Below are positions 1-58,890 of a DNA stretch of 59,473 bases, piece by piece. The notes under the pieces are model-generated. The model saw only the letters and a list, made by a program, of their open reading frames with translations. It searched no databases and was not told the DNA's origin. The stretch is from Hydrolagus affinis. Its lineage: Eukaryota. Position 1 is the first letter of the stretch. Every line of letters begins with the position of its first letter. The position numbers were made by a program, and so were the translations under genes. The stretch is from assembly GCA_012026655.1 (NCBI GenBank), contig JAAILG010001971.1, positions 1 to 59,473 on the forward strand, read 5' to 3'.

Positions 1-415
1 CTTTTGTATTCTATACCCCTATTTATAAAGCCTAGTATCCCATATGCCTTCTTAACAGCCTTGTCTACCTGTTCTGCCACCTTCAACGAGTCACTAACAC
101 AAATCCCCAGGTCTCTCTGTTCCTTCGCACCATTTAAAATCGTACTATCTAGCCTATATTGCCTCCCTTCAATTCTTCTCCCAAAATGCATCACCTCACA
201 CTTCTCTGCATTAAACTTCATCTGCCATGTGCCACTTTACCAATTTGTCTATATCCTCTTGCAGATGGCTACTATCCTCCTCACTATTTACTATTCTCCC
301 TAACTTAGTGTCACCTGCAAACTTGGAAACTGTACTCCCTACACCCAAGTCCAGATCATTGATGTAGATTACAAAGAGCAATGGTCCCAAAACCGATCCC
401 TGTGGCACACCACTG
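1..415 (-). mobile_element. CR1-clade LINE reverse transcriptase fragment, degenerate
   Basis: Minus strand encodes VPQGSVLGPLLFVIYINDLD...SKFAGDTKL (FADD motif mutated), then frameshifts into MKFNAEKCEVMHFG...AYGILGFINRGIEYK. Confidence 0.92.
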
Positions 416-3400
416 TAGATTAGAGATTGTAGACTTGTAGATTAGCTCATGACTTCTTCTCAGGGGTTTTTACAATACAAATTGAAATTCACCATTCAGT
501 CACCCACAGAGGGCAACAGTTATGGCGCAATATGGTGTAAGTGAATAACCCTAACAATCTGACATTGGGTATTTAGTGACGCAAGTTCTGCATTGCACAG
601 TCAATTCACAAGAGTCATCACAAGTGGATTAAACACCCTCTCCCCCAGAGTTTTTATTGTTGTACGTCACCCACATGTGATTGGTTTGGAGCATGAGTCA
701 TTTTATTATAATTTTTCTTTTAATAAGTTCACACATTTTATTATCTTGCTGATCATGTGGCAATGCAATAGGTTACAGGCGTCTGCAACTGAAGTTGAAA
801 ATAAGCTTGCTGGGGGGCAACTAACATTATTAACAGTGAGACAAGGGAATGGTCTCCAATGTGTATTTTAAATTATGAATTTGATGTTAGTTGTTCTTGA
901 TGGTTGCTTTGGTTGAGCTTTTGATTCTTTCTCATTTGGTTCAAGTGTCATATTGATCTAAGTTCTCATGTTCATACTTTCATACAGTAATTAGTAAATG
1001 CGTGTAATGAAGTCTCACAAGTATCTGAGGGCTCTCTCATCTTTGCCTCTATTTACCCAGCAGTAAGTAGGAAAATGGTTGTTAGCCGATTAGTGGATGG
1101 CTTTTCCGGGGTAATGCTTCCATCCAAAAGATTGGTCACTCAATTTATGACAGTTTGTGGGACACTGCTGTGTACAATTGGCTGCCGCATTTTGCACAAG
1201 AATACAGTGAAGTGCTTTGAGTCATCTAGAAGATGTGAAAAGCTCTATCCAAAGTGCTTCACGGATTTTATTGTAAAGGGTATTTTGTGAGCGAAGCGCA
1301 GCAGCCAACTGCACACAACAGTGTCTGAAAAAAGTCATAGAGTGAGTGAAATCATTCAAATGATTTATATTAAAAAGGATTGATGGAAAAGAGCTATGTG
1401 TTGTTGACCTGCCAGCTTTTTAAAAATTAAGGAATTCAGGCCATCTGCTTCCCCACCCTGCCAAAAAGTCCCGGAAGATTAAAGTTTGTAATAGCATGCA
1501 GAGCTGAAGCAGTGTGAGGCTGTTTCCAAAGGGTCTCTCACCAATATGAGAGAAATCACATTGGTGAATCTTGTCTTGTATCGGTGCAATGGGTGATTAG
1601 CTTCTCACTGAAACTACAATATAACTGCTCCATTAAATTGACCCATCGTAATAACTGCACAGTGTAGGAGCCAGGTTTTGAAAGGAATCCCCTTCAGACC
1701 TTCTGTAAAAATACTTTTTTTTTCAATTTTCATCCTTTTTATGTGATTTATGCTGTTGAGCATTCGATGCATTTTGATACAATTGTATTCTGTTGTTCCT
1801 GTGTATCTCTGCTCTCTATTGAGGCTTTTTACTGCAGTTTTATAATTGTACAAGTTCTCTGGTTTCTGATCTGTAGGACTGGCTGCTAAACTTGTTCCGC
1901 ACCTCTTTTGCAAGGGTTTCGGGCTAATTGCCATGCCACACCCAGTAACAGAATTTAAAGCTGTGTTGGCTAATATAACCTTATTTTGCAAGTCTTTCAT
2001 TTGCAATCCTAATCTTATGTAATTAGATTATTTTAACATATTTTATTTTCGGTGGTTTTGAAAAGCATCACTTTATTTACCCCCCTCTAAAGATGGAGAT
2101 TCATGTAGTCTGCGTGGGCCGCAATGTATATTCTTGCCTTTAACCTTCTCTTAAAACTATTGCTTTCCAACTTACATACATTTGCATAAAGTTGAATAAT
2201 GAATGGGAACAGGGTCGCAGATATTTCCTTTTTTGAAAAAAGTCTTGACAATAGCAATGTTTGATGTTGTGGTTGCGTATCTAGTTCTAGTTTCCAGCGC
2301 CTTGGGACATCCTCCTGATGTGAAAGCCCCTATACAAGTGTGATTTTATTGTTGTTGTTAAGAAGCCCGAGACTATCGATATGGAATCTTTTCCTTCTCT
2401 CCCACTTATATTTTGTAACCAGCCATTGAGAGTACAAGATGAGGGATTGCAAATGGAAATGACACCGGTGGATGTATTATGGATTGGGATTCCCGACTGT
2501 TGGCATTCGAGCATTCAGCATCTCTGCGTCCATGTTCCCTCCTTTGACTGTTCCTTCAGCGCACACGCCCACCCCATCCCCCTATCCTCCACCCCAACTC
2601 CCAGCTGGGGTTGAAAACCCTTGACTGTCCAGCCTGGCTCTGGGATGTCCTTCCGGCGCTGTACAATTATAATGTGCTATTATTGTTGATTCCAGTTATT
2701 AAAATGCTATAACCAGTAGTATGGTTTTAGCAGTATTTTTCACAAAAAGGGAGTTCAGGCAAATTATAAATTCAAACTGCTGTGTATTTTCTGGGTGGAT
2801 GGGTAGTGTAAAAGATTAATTGTAAAGAAGAACCTGGGTGTGGTTCAGTGAACTTGTGCACTGAAACGTTCCAGATCATAGAAATGCTTCACAACTTCGA
2901 TCAATAACCTCCTGATATATTATGTTACAGGCTACTTGTCTCACCGGAAAAACCAGCACTTGCTCTTAATACCTCAACAAAGCATCTCTCATTAAGAAAG
3001 GGAGGAAATTGGGTGTCATTTTACAGTCTCCGTTGTAAGGTGCAGGATTTTGACAGCTTCTAATCTTCAGCCTTCTTCCAAGACACTGAATTGCTGAGAC
3101 ACGTCTATTTTGAGCAGTCCGCCAATATATGTAGAAAAAGTATATTTAACGGTGGAGGACATTCGTATTTCTGCCGTGGTTTACTTTGTTCTAAATTCAT
3201 TTTTTCTTATTCATTTCACTCTTTCACTTCTACCAACCTTCTTACCACTACTCACTTTCTGACTTGTACCAAAATATACTGAGGTTGGGGGGAGGAGAAG
3301 AAACATTGTTGTCTTTAAATACCACTTGTAACCCCATTAGAAGAACAAGCTAATGTCTTGGGTAGTATTTGATTTATTGAGGTTGTATTTGTTAGCCTGC

Positions 3401-3759
3401 TGCTCTCAAAAATCCCCTAAATCCACAACTGTTTGTGGGACACTATTGTACACAATTGGCTACCATATTTTGCCACAAAATATACAGTCGATTCACTTTT
3501 ACAGTATGTCCTACAAAGTGCTTTGAGAGGTCTCAATGTGATAAGGCACTAGATCAAATGCAAGTATTATTATTATAACTGCCTTTGAAGATCCAAATAT
3601 GTGCTGCACCTGTTGGATAGTTATAATTATCAGTATAAAGTACTCAAGACTTGCACAAAAGGTGCATTTTACAGCAGGGTCTGAGTTTTTAGTTTAATAA
3701 CTACTGCACTCATTTTATTCACAATTGATAGAATATGAAACCTCCAAACAACAGCAAAA

Positions 3760-4275
3760 TTACACCTTGTATAGCACCTATAGCACCTATATGGACAGTC
3801 ACTGATTCAGAATCGATCTGGGGACGAGGGGGTGGGAAGTTGCCGATGGATCCATCGAAGAGGAGAGTCGAGGCGAGACTTGAAGGAGGCTAGGGAGGGG
3901 GCGATGGAGAGGGACTGGGGGATGGAGTTCCAGCGGTTGGGGATAGAGTGGCTGAAGGCTCGCCCGCCAATGGTGGGGCGGGTGGGGCGGGGGACGTGGA
4001 GCAGGGCAAAGCTTGCTGAGCCGAGGGGGCGGTCAGGTTGTTACCGGATAGGAGGTCACGGCAGGGTGAGGTTGTCGAGGGCTTTAAATGTGAGGACCAG
4101 GATCTTGAATTGGATCCTCTGGATGATGGGGACTCAATGGAGTCGGGCGAGGATGCGGGAGATGGGGGTCACAGAGTTTGAAACGATAGAGGACAAGGGC
4201 CACAGAGTTCTGGATTATCTGCAGCCTTTGGAAGGAGGAATTGGGAAGGCCGATAAGCAGAGCATTTGCATAGTC
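3760..4275 (-). mobile_element. L2-clade LINE fragment
   Basis: Reverse complement of the same L2 body; purine-rich on +, gatcttgaattggatcctctggatgatggggactcaatgg. Confidence 0.78.
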
Positions 4276-4989
4276 GAAAACAATTTAGATTAGCACATCA
4301 AAATCTTTGGGAGCGGAATTAATGTTAATGGGTTCAAATACACTGCAAGTTCAAGACGTATCAGAACTCCGATATAGTTCAGTTTATGAACTTGTGATCA
4401 CATTAGACTTTCAAGTTACAGCCTACAAGTCCGTGTGCTTTCGGCACCAAACTGATTGCTGACTGAAAAGAATGTATGCTTTTAATCACTTCAATCTGAA
4501 ATTGTAGAAGTTTCTCTCCTCACAGTTCCCATGCTAGAATGTATATTCTGAGTGATGCAGTTCAGTTGGGTTCATTCAGAAGAGGATTTCCGAACTAATT
4601 TAACACAATCTCATATATAGACTGTGGCAACTTTTTTTAAAAAGTTTTTTTTTTCCTTGTTGCCACCTATCGCACAGGTGCCCACACACTCCCAAGACTT
4701 TCAAGTAACATCTTGTGCAATGGAAAATCTGTCAGCGCGAAGAGTTAAGATAAATAGTTCCAATTTATGCACTCCAGATTGAGCTTTTAGCAGACAGTTT
4801 GTGAACAGCGCCATAGATATGTTAGATCACCATTTGGAATCTTTCAACTTGTTGCAGTATAACACTTTTGCATCATCCAGCTGACATATATTGTTTAAAC
4901 ACACTGTCGAATTTAGCTTGTAACTCGTGTGAAGCTTCTCTGTAGTTTCTATGTACAATTTTGTGATTGATATTTTCCAACCCATTCAG

Positions 4990-5240
4990 TGTCTGAGATC
5001 ATGGAATTTTGCAGCAAGAAGGAGGCCATTCTTCCCATCGTGTCTGTACCAGCTCTTTGAACAGTCCACTCCCCTTGCTCTTCCCCATAGGCCTACAAAT
5101 CATTCCCAAATAACTATTTACTTCTCCCTTAAATGTTATTAAATCAGCTTCCACCAACCTTTCAGGCAATGCATTCAGATCTGAATAACTCGCCACATTA
5201 AAAAAAAAATCTCCTCACCTCCACTCTGTTTATTTTAACA
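4990..5240 (-). mobile_element. CR1 3' end fragment
   Basis: Minus-strand LNALPERLVEAD-like translation plus tail gaatggcctccttct. Confidence 0.75.
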
Positions 5241-7106
5241 ACTATTGCCTGATTGTTGCACTGAATGATAAAATGATGGAAATGTCAACAGCCATGGGGA
5301 TAGCATGAAAAAAAAGTTGTGGTTCGATCAACTTGCTCTCACAATTACTAGAAAATGTTTGCCATATAGAATCAGCAGCACCTCAAAGACGAGCAGTGAC
5401 TTCAGACTGGTTTACCATTTCCTGTCGTTCACCGTTTGACACAAATCCTTTAGATATGTTACTGAGTGCACTTGTACCCTTTTAAAATATTTAATTTTCT
5501 TCATTTGCTGTGATGCCCTTTTCTGTCACCTCCTGCCGATGTGGAACTTTATTATCATTTTTGTAATTTCTACCCTTTTCTCAGTCACATTCTTCCAGAC
5601 CCCATGTGATTACAGGGTGGCTTGTGGGCAGTGCAGGTTACTTTGGCAGTGCAACTTTGATGGGATTAGTTCACACTGGCTCTTTCACAAGCTAATTCTA
5701 CCAATTTCAAAATAGAAAATTGGGTAGATTTCCTTTTTGAAGATTGTTGAAGTTCACTTGGAAATACCAACTAATCTTCTACTGGCAGAATCATAAGAAT
5801 TTGCTAGAATCCTAGAAAATTGCAGCACATGAGGTTGCTATTTTTGACCCATCGATTCTGCACTGGTAGTGGTAAAGGAAACTTTAGGAAAGTCCTTTTC
5901 GTGCGCAAGAGTTTGTATATGTGTGTGTGTGATAAAGATAAATTTAAAAAGCCTTGTGTGCAAGCCTTGTTCACTCCATTTTGTCACCTTTTTAAGGAGG
6001 TAAATAAACTAATTCTGTAAAAGGAGCTCTGGAAAGGTATCAAACCAAAGGATATCCTGGCACATCCCGTGGTCATAACTTCCTTGGCATCTGTTGACCC
6101 TGAAATAAAAACCTTCATCACTATCCAAAGCATTGGTTGTCATCTTACAGAACTGCTCATTTTAATAAAGTTAACTTCAAAGGAAGCTTCCCAATAAATC
6201 CTTCTTTTAACTGCAGTATCTTGCACTGTCAAGATAAAATGCCAGAGTTTATGATCCCAAACTCTTTTCCATATTCTGCCAAATAAAGTTGTCACGGCTT
6301 TGCATTATTTTAGGATTTTCCAATTTTAACACATAAGGCACTGGCAGCATCAACCTCCATGGTTACACACTCAACCTCATTAAGCCAATCAGGAACTTAG
6401 GTGTCTTATTCGATCCTCAACTGTCTTTCCTTTCCCACATCCAAGTCATTCAAGCTGCTCTGCCTTCCCTCACCAATATTGCACTCTGTGGCCTACCCCA
6501 CCCTAACTCTACGACGTCCTAACCCCTTACCAATCTGTCCGCCCCCTCCGTTCAGCAGGCAGGCAAGCATCCTGCCTATTTGCCATCAAATCACTTCCAT
6601 CTGTTAATTGGGAACCTGCCATGTATTAAAATTAGGTACAAATGCAAGTTGTACCATTCAATAGTATAACCTGTTGGAATTTTATCAACCTGGTTCCACC
6701 GTGCCCACTTTCTAAGACATGCAAACCCTAACTTAAATCGCTGATGTGAAATACTGTAAATATTAGGCTTTGTTGAACTTGCTGTGTTAGCATACTTGGG
6801 TATATATGCTTGCCCTTAATAGGCATTTATTAGGTACAATTTATTTCACAGACTAACACTAGAATAAAGTCTGTTTTCCCCGCAAAAAGAAATGCTTCCT
6901 AATAAATCATGCAAATGGCTTCTCTGGTAAATTTTTGTTAAAGAACATTGTAGGTCATTCTAGTTATAGTGATTGTTGTTGAATACAACAGGCCAGATCT
7001 TCAGCTGATGCAAACCTAAAATAAATATCACTTATTTGTTTTGATTGCCAGTGTCAACATTATTCCAGTGAACAGCAAAATTAAGTTCAGATTCAGCTCT
7101 TAACCT

Positions 7107-7206
7107 NNNNNNNNNNNNNNNNNNNNNNNNNNNNNNNNNNNNNNNNNNNNNNNNNNNNNNNNNNNNNNNNNNNNNNNNNNNNNNNNNNNNNNNNNNNNNN
7201 NNNNNN
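7107..7206. other. Assembly gap (100 N) next to a poly-C run
   Basis: Seen directly; a round 100 N usually marks a gap of unknown size. Confidence 0.99.
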
Positions 7207-8242
7207 GGGCCCCCCCCCCCCCCCCGCCCAAGGAAGGTGCGGCCCACAGTTTGGAAACCACAGAGTTACTGGTGTGTTGAGAAAGGCTTTGAGTTAAACA
7301 TTTGCATGAAATCACTACTGGATCTTTGATTAGAAGTACAGTATGTGTTTTGGAGATGCATAAATACAGCGCTCCTTTGTATTGTATCAGCAAAATGCTG
7401 TTCTTTTGTATTTTGCAAATCTGTAGTTAGTGTAACTCTGTTTGTTGGATGGCTGACAGCAAAGGTGGTCATGTAAGAGGAAAACTGGAATGGCAGCAAA
7501 TTGGTGGAACAATGGGAGTGTGGTAGTTTTCAGGGTGACATGGTAATTTAGGTACATTCTCATGCCATGATTTAAATCTTATATCTGAGCAAAGTTGTTT
7601 ATCTGTAATGCAGAGATTGCTGCAAATGGGAACGCAGGTGGCTTTGGTATACGTGCTAAAATATAAACAGGTTGAGTACCATCCTCCGGGAGAATTGACA
7701 TGCTACAGGATCTCTATGAGCAAGGCTGACTCATTAAAATGCTGAATTGTTTCTCTCTGCCCTCACCATTCCAATGAGTTACCTAAGAATCATTTCTTAT
7801 CTATTTCCATGTAATGTACTTCCCGAGGTGTATTTTCATGAATATTCAGTTCATTGCTGTCTAAGATGACATTGGTTTCTGTGATGACTGTGGTGCTTTT
7901 ATTTTCTTAATGTGCAAATGAGATGTATAAATGTTGTGATGGGCATAAGTAGGAAGCCTATTCAATTGTGTTGGTATTAACTTGCTTTGGTTAAAACATT
8001 ATGAATGAAATACCTTTTGATATTCGCACTTAACTAGTTGCCAAGGATTATATACCCTCTGATCAACGTAATCAAATACTGTTAACATTTCATCATGGTG
8101 AAGTAGACCACAGAGAAGTTGCTTGATGGTTTGCATCTGTAGTTTGCCATGTATTGAAATACTAACCTCAAAGGAACCATTGAGCCAAGTATAGTACCTT
8201 CCTGTAAACGGTCCTGTAACGGTCCTTCCTGTAAAATAAGCT

Positions 8243-8608
8243 AATAATAATCGTTGCATTTGATATAATGCCTTCTCACTTCTTCAAGATGTCCCAAAGC
8301 GTTTCACAGAATATACTGTAAAGTGAATTCACAATTTTTTGGGCGAAACGCAGCAGCCAATTGCGCGGCAGCACTGTCCCACACGTAGTCGTGGATTGAT
8401 TGACCAATTTTTTTTAAAGGGATTATTACTCCTGGAAAAGCAATCGACCATTCAACTACCAACCTGGTTCCTACTTACTACAGGTACTAGGTAAACAGAG
8501 GCATGTGGAGCAAGGAAACTTTCCCAACATTTCGCCCTGCTGGGAATCAAACCCAGGTCCTCTCTTGCGAGGCAACTACTCTAAACCATTAAGCTACAAG
8601 ACTCCACC
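8243..8608 (-). mobile_element. tRNA-derived SINE, near full-length copy
   Basis: Reverse complement of the family consensus: tRNA head, body gggcaagtttccttactccacatgcctc, ctgtttgtgggacactgctgtgtgcaattggctgc, tail caaatgcaagga(tta)n. Confidence 0.9.
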
Positions 8609-8819
8609 TTGTCATCATGTCTCACCCAAATCTCAGTGTTAAATTGTTGAATAATCAGATTTCAACTTTAATGTTTGAAGGAGCATCTCGTAAAGTTTAT
8701 ATGTGGCTTGATGGTTCATTGTGTATAACTTTGATAAGGAAATGATATATAAAATGATCAGCCTTGCATTTGATATAACACCATATCATTTTGCAGAAAT
8801 ATCTCAAAAGATTTGGTCA

Positions 8820-8861
8820 GTTATACAGTACTGTAAAGAGGTTATACAGTACTGTAAAGAG
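8820..8861. repeat. 21-bp tandem duplication
   Basis: gttatacagtactgtaaagag occurs twice; each unit contains the palindrome tacagtactgta. Confidence 0.85.
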
Positions 8862-10446
8862 TAACTGTAATTTGTGGGTGAATATGACGGCCAGTTTGCA
8901 CACACTATTATACCTTTGCGTTCACAGTGGAGCTTAAACCAGTGCGGTATTGAGGGTTTGTTTGTTTTGCTGCAGGAATGTGTCAAGAGTTGCCGGCATT
9001 CCTAATCCCACCCACTGCATTCTTTGCTGTGTTTGCAGGGATTTGGCAGATGCCACAACGAGCTGCAATCGAAATGGAATTAAGGGGAGTTCTTGCATCC
9101 ATTATCCCCAGACAATGTCTGCAATAAATGATTAATTTTCTGCTGGTCGGTTTGAGTACTTACTGACTGGGTTCCTGAGATGTGTAGATGCTTGCCATCA
9201 CCAAATGTGTTAATTCTTCACCCTCCTTTATTCCTCATAGTCACTGCCTTTCTTTCATTTGCTTACATAGCATTAAATAGGAACCTGTCTTTAGGAGATT
9301 GGCGGATCGCTTTTCTGGGGATAATAATATCTTAAAATGTAATAAGAATAATTACTCAATCCACGACTGTTTGTGGGACACTTCTATGTGCAATTGGCTG
9401 CCACATTTCACCACAAGATATACTGTAAATTCACTTTATGGCGTACTCTTTAAGGCGCTTTGAGAATTCTAGAACAACAAAATTACATTTGTATAGCGTG
9501 GAGGATGTCCCATTAAGTTTTGAATGATGCTAGAAATATTATTTGTCCCTGTGCTGTTTTACCAAGATACAGCTCAATATTCATAACACAGTATGTTGAA
9601 GTGATGAAAACAAGAGTTTACCAGTCAGTAACACAGCATGTTAATGTACTGCAGAGATCCTGGTTTTATTTTAAATATGAATTGCATTTAGCAGCATAAT
9701 CGATTAGATGCTTTTGTTTTGGGAAAGTTGCAGCTAAGTGCGGTAAAAGATTTTAATGATGCATCATCAACAACAACAAACAACAACAACTTCAATTTGT
9801 ATAGCACCCTCCACACCGGACAGCGTCTCAGAGCGCTTCACAATAACGGATCCCGGGACCGAGCCAGGGCCAGGGGTAGAAAGATAGAGAGATGACCAAA
9901 GGCACGGTTGAAGAGAAAGGTCTTCAGCTGGGACCTGAACCTGAGAAAAGAGGGGGCGAGGCGAAGGTGTATGTATCATCATACACCAAGTATTTTTTAT
10001 TTATCGTTAAGGAGGATGTAGCAAGCTGTTGAAGGCTTTATGGTTTCTGTGATCAAGAAGGAAACCTGACAGGGCTGTTTAAAGCTTTAATAACAAACAC
10101 CTTGCGATAAGACCTACTATTTTGGATATATTGTTTTGAAGATGTGTTTATTGGCTGCATTACCTTTTCTGGTATGCGTTTGCAATATGCTCTTGCTTCA
10201 GGCGCTTAAACTACTCAAATTGGGAGAATTTATATAACATACATGAGTCTTTGACTTGTGAAAAATATAAGTTGGAGACAAACTTGCATATGTTTGGTTA
10301 AATCCGATTTTATACATCTACGTTGCACATGTACTTCAATGCAGCCGGTAAGTTTGCATGGGTCAATGGTTCAGAATTTCATTTTTCACATTTCAGGGCA
10401 GCTGGTAAATGCAGTACCGATGTTATGAGTTAGGAGATGATTTATA

Positions 10447-10800
10447 AAATAATAATAATAATCCTTGCATTTGATATACTGCCTTATCATGTCTGAGACA
10501 ACAATTACAAAATTACATTACTATAGCGTCTTTCACGTCGGGAGAACGTCCCAAGGCGCTTCACAGAATACAATGTACTATAAAGTGAATTGACATATTT
10601 TGTCGGCAAAACGCAGCAACCGATTGAGTGATCAAATTAGAATTTTTTTCAAGGGATTATTATCATAAAAGCGATCTGACAATTAACCAGTTTACTGCTA
10701 AATAAATAGAGGCGTGTAGAGTAAGGAAACTTGCCCAATGTTTTGCCCTGCCAGGAATTGCACTTGCAAAGCGAGCAATCAAACCACTACTGGATTCCAC
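10447..10800 (-). mobile_element. tRNA-derived SINE with an embedded L2 tail
   Basis: Same family; an L2 tail segment occupies about 10500-10560. Confidence 0.85.
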
Positions 10801-11872
10801 ATCATGTATAATTAATGCAAAGAAATTTAAGTATTTTTGGGAATCGGAAACTGAATGAGGCTCGAATGCATGTACAACTTAAGCAGTTTTACGGTTTTAT
10901 AAAGATAAGACTCACTTAGATTTTAATATAGTCATGTCCTTTAAAACTCCAATAGCCGCCCAAGTTTTATAACATCACAACTGTCCAATTTGCCGGATAT
11001 TTGACATTTTCTATTTTGCTCCGAAGTGGGAATGCAGCAAAACAGTATCGCATTGTTATTGTACAAACATGGCTTTGCTTTCAGAGAAGTGCTGGCTGAC
11101 ATGGTGACGGAAAATTAGCTCAAGACCCAGTGCTTAGTAGTAACCCTCAATTCACTGGGTTTTTTGTGCGTTTATATAAATATATTAATCTTCTGATTGT
11201 GGGCTGACTTCTGTTTACTATTGTTGGTAAATGTTTATTTTTTCATATCACTTTAGCTACTCTATTTCAAGTTGTTTAACTTTATGTAAACTCTAGGATT
11301 GATTGAGTGAAAAGACCTTCCTGGTTAATATGACTCATTTTTACCGAAGTGGGCCGTGCATTATCACTGAACTATCAGCGAGTGTGTGTTTGTTTTTAAA
11401 ATTAATGATTTACAAAATATAGCTTTGATGACTTGCTCAGGGCTTTCTTTACCCTTGTGGATTTGTGATCTTGAGATTATTTTCTTTGAATCATTCCACC
11501 TTGTCCATTAGGTATTGGCATTGAGTTGAAATTTTTGTATCCTCGCCCCCCCACCCACCCACCCACCCCCTGCCCCCTCAAGTTACCTGCCATTGCAGTG
11601 CGGTCGAGAGGTTGAGATTTCAGGGAAAGATGTGAAAATTGAAAATGATAGCATTGTCCTTAAACCTGCAAACAGCTCATACTAGCTCAGCACATTGTGT
11701 GCACCCAAAGCAGGATTCTCCCATTTGTACATATTTCTGCAACCAATCTTCATGCTGGCAAAATTAACACAAAATGGTTCTTCTGTATGTTTTGGATGTG
11801 TTACCGTGTTTTAGGTCATCAAACGTTTAATACTACCAACCTAATGGTGTCCATGCACCTCTTGTGTTCCAG

Positions 11873-56854
<44,982 letters not shown>

Positions 56855-58890
56855 GCCAGGCACTGGGCAAACGCTGCAAGTTTTGTCTTTGCTTCCACTT
56901 TAGGGAACCACTCTGTTTCTTTGTTTCAAACCTCCAAACTTATATTTATTTTTTTACCGAACTAGAGGGTTTTGTATAGCGGCACTCACTCCACAAAGCC
57001 ATTTGTATTTTCATTAATTGGAGCTCTCAATTAATGAAATTAATCAATTAATCTCAGTTGAGCTTTCAGTGTGACTTATTTATTGAAAAACAAAAATACT
57101 GTGGATTCACTGGATTAATATTTCCAATAACTAGGTGATCCTAGTTCTCACCCTTTGACCCTTGTTCACCGTGGGCTATAGTAGGTGTTGGTCTGTGCAA
57201 TATAGAAAGATGGCACCTTCAAAGTCCCTGCCACTAAATTTTGACACAAAATATGAATGGCTTTCTCTCTCGCGCGTTCTTTCTCTATAATATATATATT
57301 ATCTCTCTCTCCCTCTCGTCCTATCTTCCCCTCACACAGAAAACCAACTCTAATGGGTCCATGTATTTGTTTCAAGTACACTTGTTCATCACTATTCAGC
57401 TACCAGTTAGTTAGTCATTTGGATCTACAAATGAGTGTGTGACAAGGCTTTGGGCCAAACCTGCTGCCCCGAGAGAGGAGGGGACTGGGACGAGAGTTTT
57501 TTTTTTTACACGTGAGAAAGAAATCTTCAAACCTTTTTGTGTTTGGTGCACTATTGAGATCAGTTGATCTCCTTGAAGATAACACTATGGTGGTCACTCT
57601 GAAGTCTTGATTCACTGTTCCCAAGGAATATCAGTTCAGTGTGTGGTGATAGTAGTCTGGCTTCAAGGGCCGTAGACATTCCATTTCACGCAGAATACAT
57701 CAGAAATCCATCCCCTTGGGGATTTGGGGGTTTTCCTTCCCACCCCCAAAAAAAACTTTCAAAGTCATCTAAAACTTGGTCTTGTATAAAATGAATACTG
57801 GGGAAAAAAAAGGTTCATGTTTTTGCACATTGTGAATGCACAAGAATCTTCTTGCAAAGACTGGAATATTTAAGGCATATTTGTACCTGTTGTGTGAATC
57901 TTTTTATTTTTGATATATTTGACGAGCTTAAATAATCCCCCCAAAAAGGTTTACAGTTTATATTTAAACTATCTCTTGCTTTAGAGCCGTGAGTAATTCG
58001 GAACCCATTTTGGTTACCAGAGTAATAAAATACACCCTCCCACAGACATACACACACCAAAACCTCACCGCTGTTTCCTGAACTCGCACTAGCCTGTGAC
58101 ACTCCCATTAAAGGTTTTAGTAAAGGCGCGTTTCTGCCAGTCTTGGTTCCCGAGTGAATGAATGTTAAGGCCAAAAGAAAATCCCCCTGATTTGAAACGC
58201 AAAGGGGATGTGTGTTGCAATTTTCTGTTTATATTCCGGAATAATTTTTGGGACATCCTCAACAATAGAACTTTGTGGCTGCCCAAAACCTAGTCGGTTC
58301 AAACCCACGTGGTAATTGCCAGAAACACTCTCCGTTTTGAGAGCTCCCGAACTCTCACCCATGATCCCGTTTCACGGTTGCCACTGCCCTCCAAAGTTGT
58401 GGACCCGTGCTGTGTATCGGTGGACGGGGGAGGAGAATATCAGGTGTGTGGGAGAGGAGCTGTTTATACACTCCTATGTATGTGTTTGAAAACATGTTGT
58501 GCAATGTAGTTGTGTTTTATATTTTTTTAAAAAACCTTTCAGAATAAGTACATTTATCAGGAAACTCAACAGTAGTCCACCTTTTAGGATGGGTGGGGAG
58601 GAGGGTTTGGACGGGAGAGCAAATAAAATCATTTCGGCCGTAGCTTGTGCTAAATTCCTCAGCTTGATAGACCATCGCACTCTACTTGTGCTGAAAAGAG
58701 AAACGGATTTAGCCTTGAACCCGTCAGATCTGTTAGCCTTGGGAGATATTTTAGTGCGGGTTTTAAGAAAATTCCTAAGGGAGTAAAAATATTGCAATCT
58801 GTGTTTAAAAAAAAATCTCAGTCTGTATGAGGAGAGGGCAGCTTCACTCCACCGCAACAAATAAATTGTTTGCCATAGGCCTTTAGGCCA
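56855..58890 (+). other. SPTLC2: Putative SPTLC2 3' UTR (true end uncertain)
   Basis: Follows the stop codon and lacks recognisable SINE or LINE copies. AU-rich nonamer TTATTTATT at 57076-57084; AATAAA at 58024, 58622 and 58860. Confidence 0.55.

Noticed and set aside
3832-4293. 153-aa Arg/Gly-rich ORF
   Set aside because: It is the antisense reading of an L2 relic.
7107-7230. Exon 1 or promoter hidden in the gap
   Set aside because: The flanks are AT-rich with no CpG-island shoulders. Exon 1 more likely lies upstream, though the gap cannot be fully excluded.
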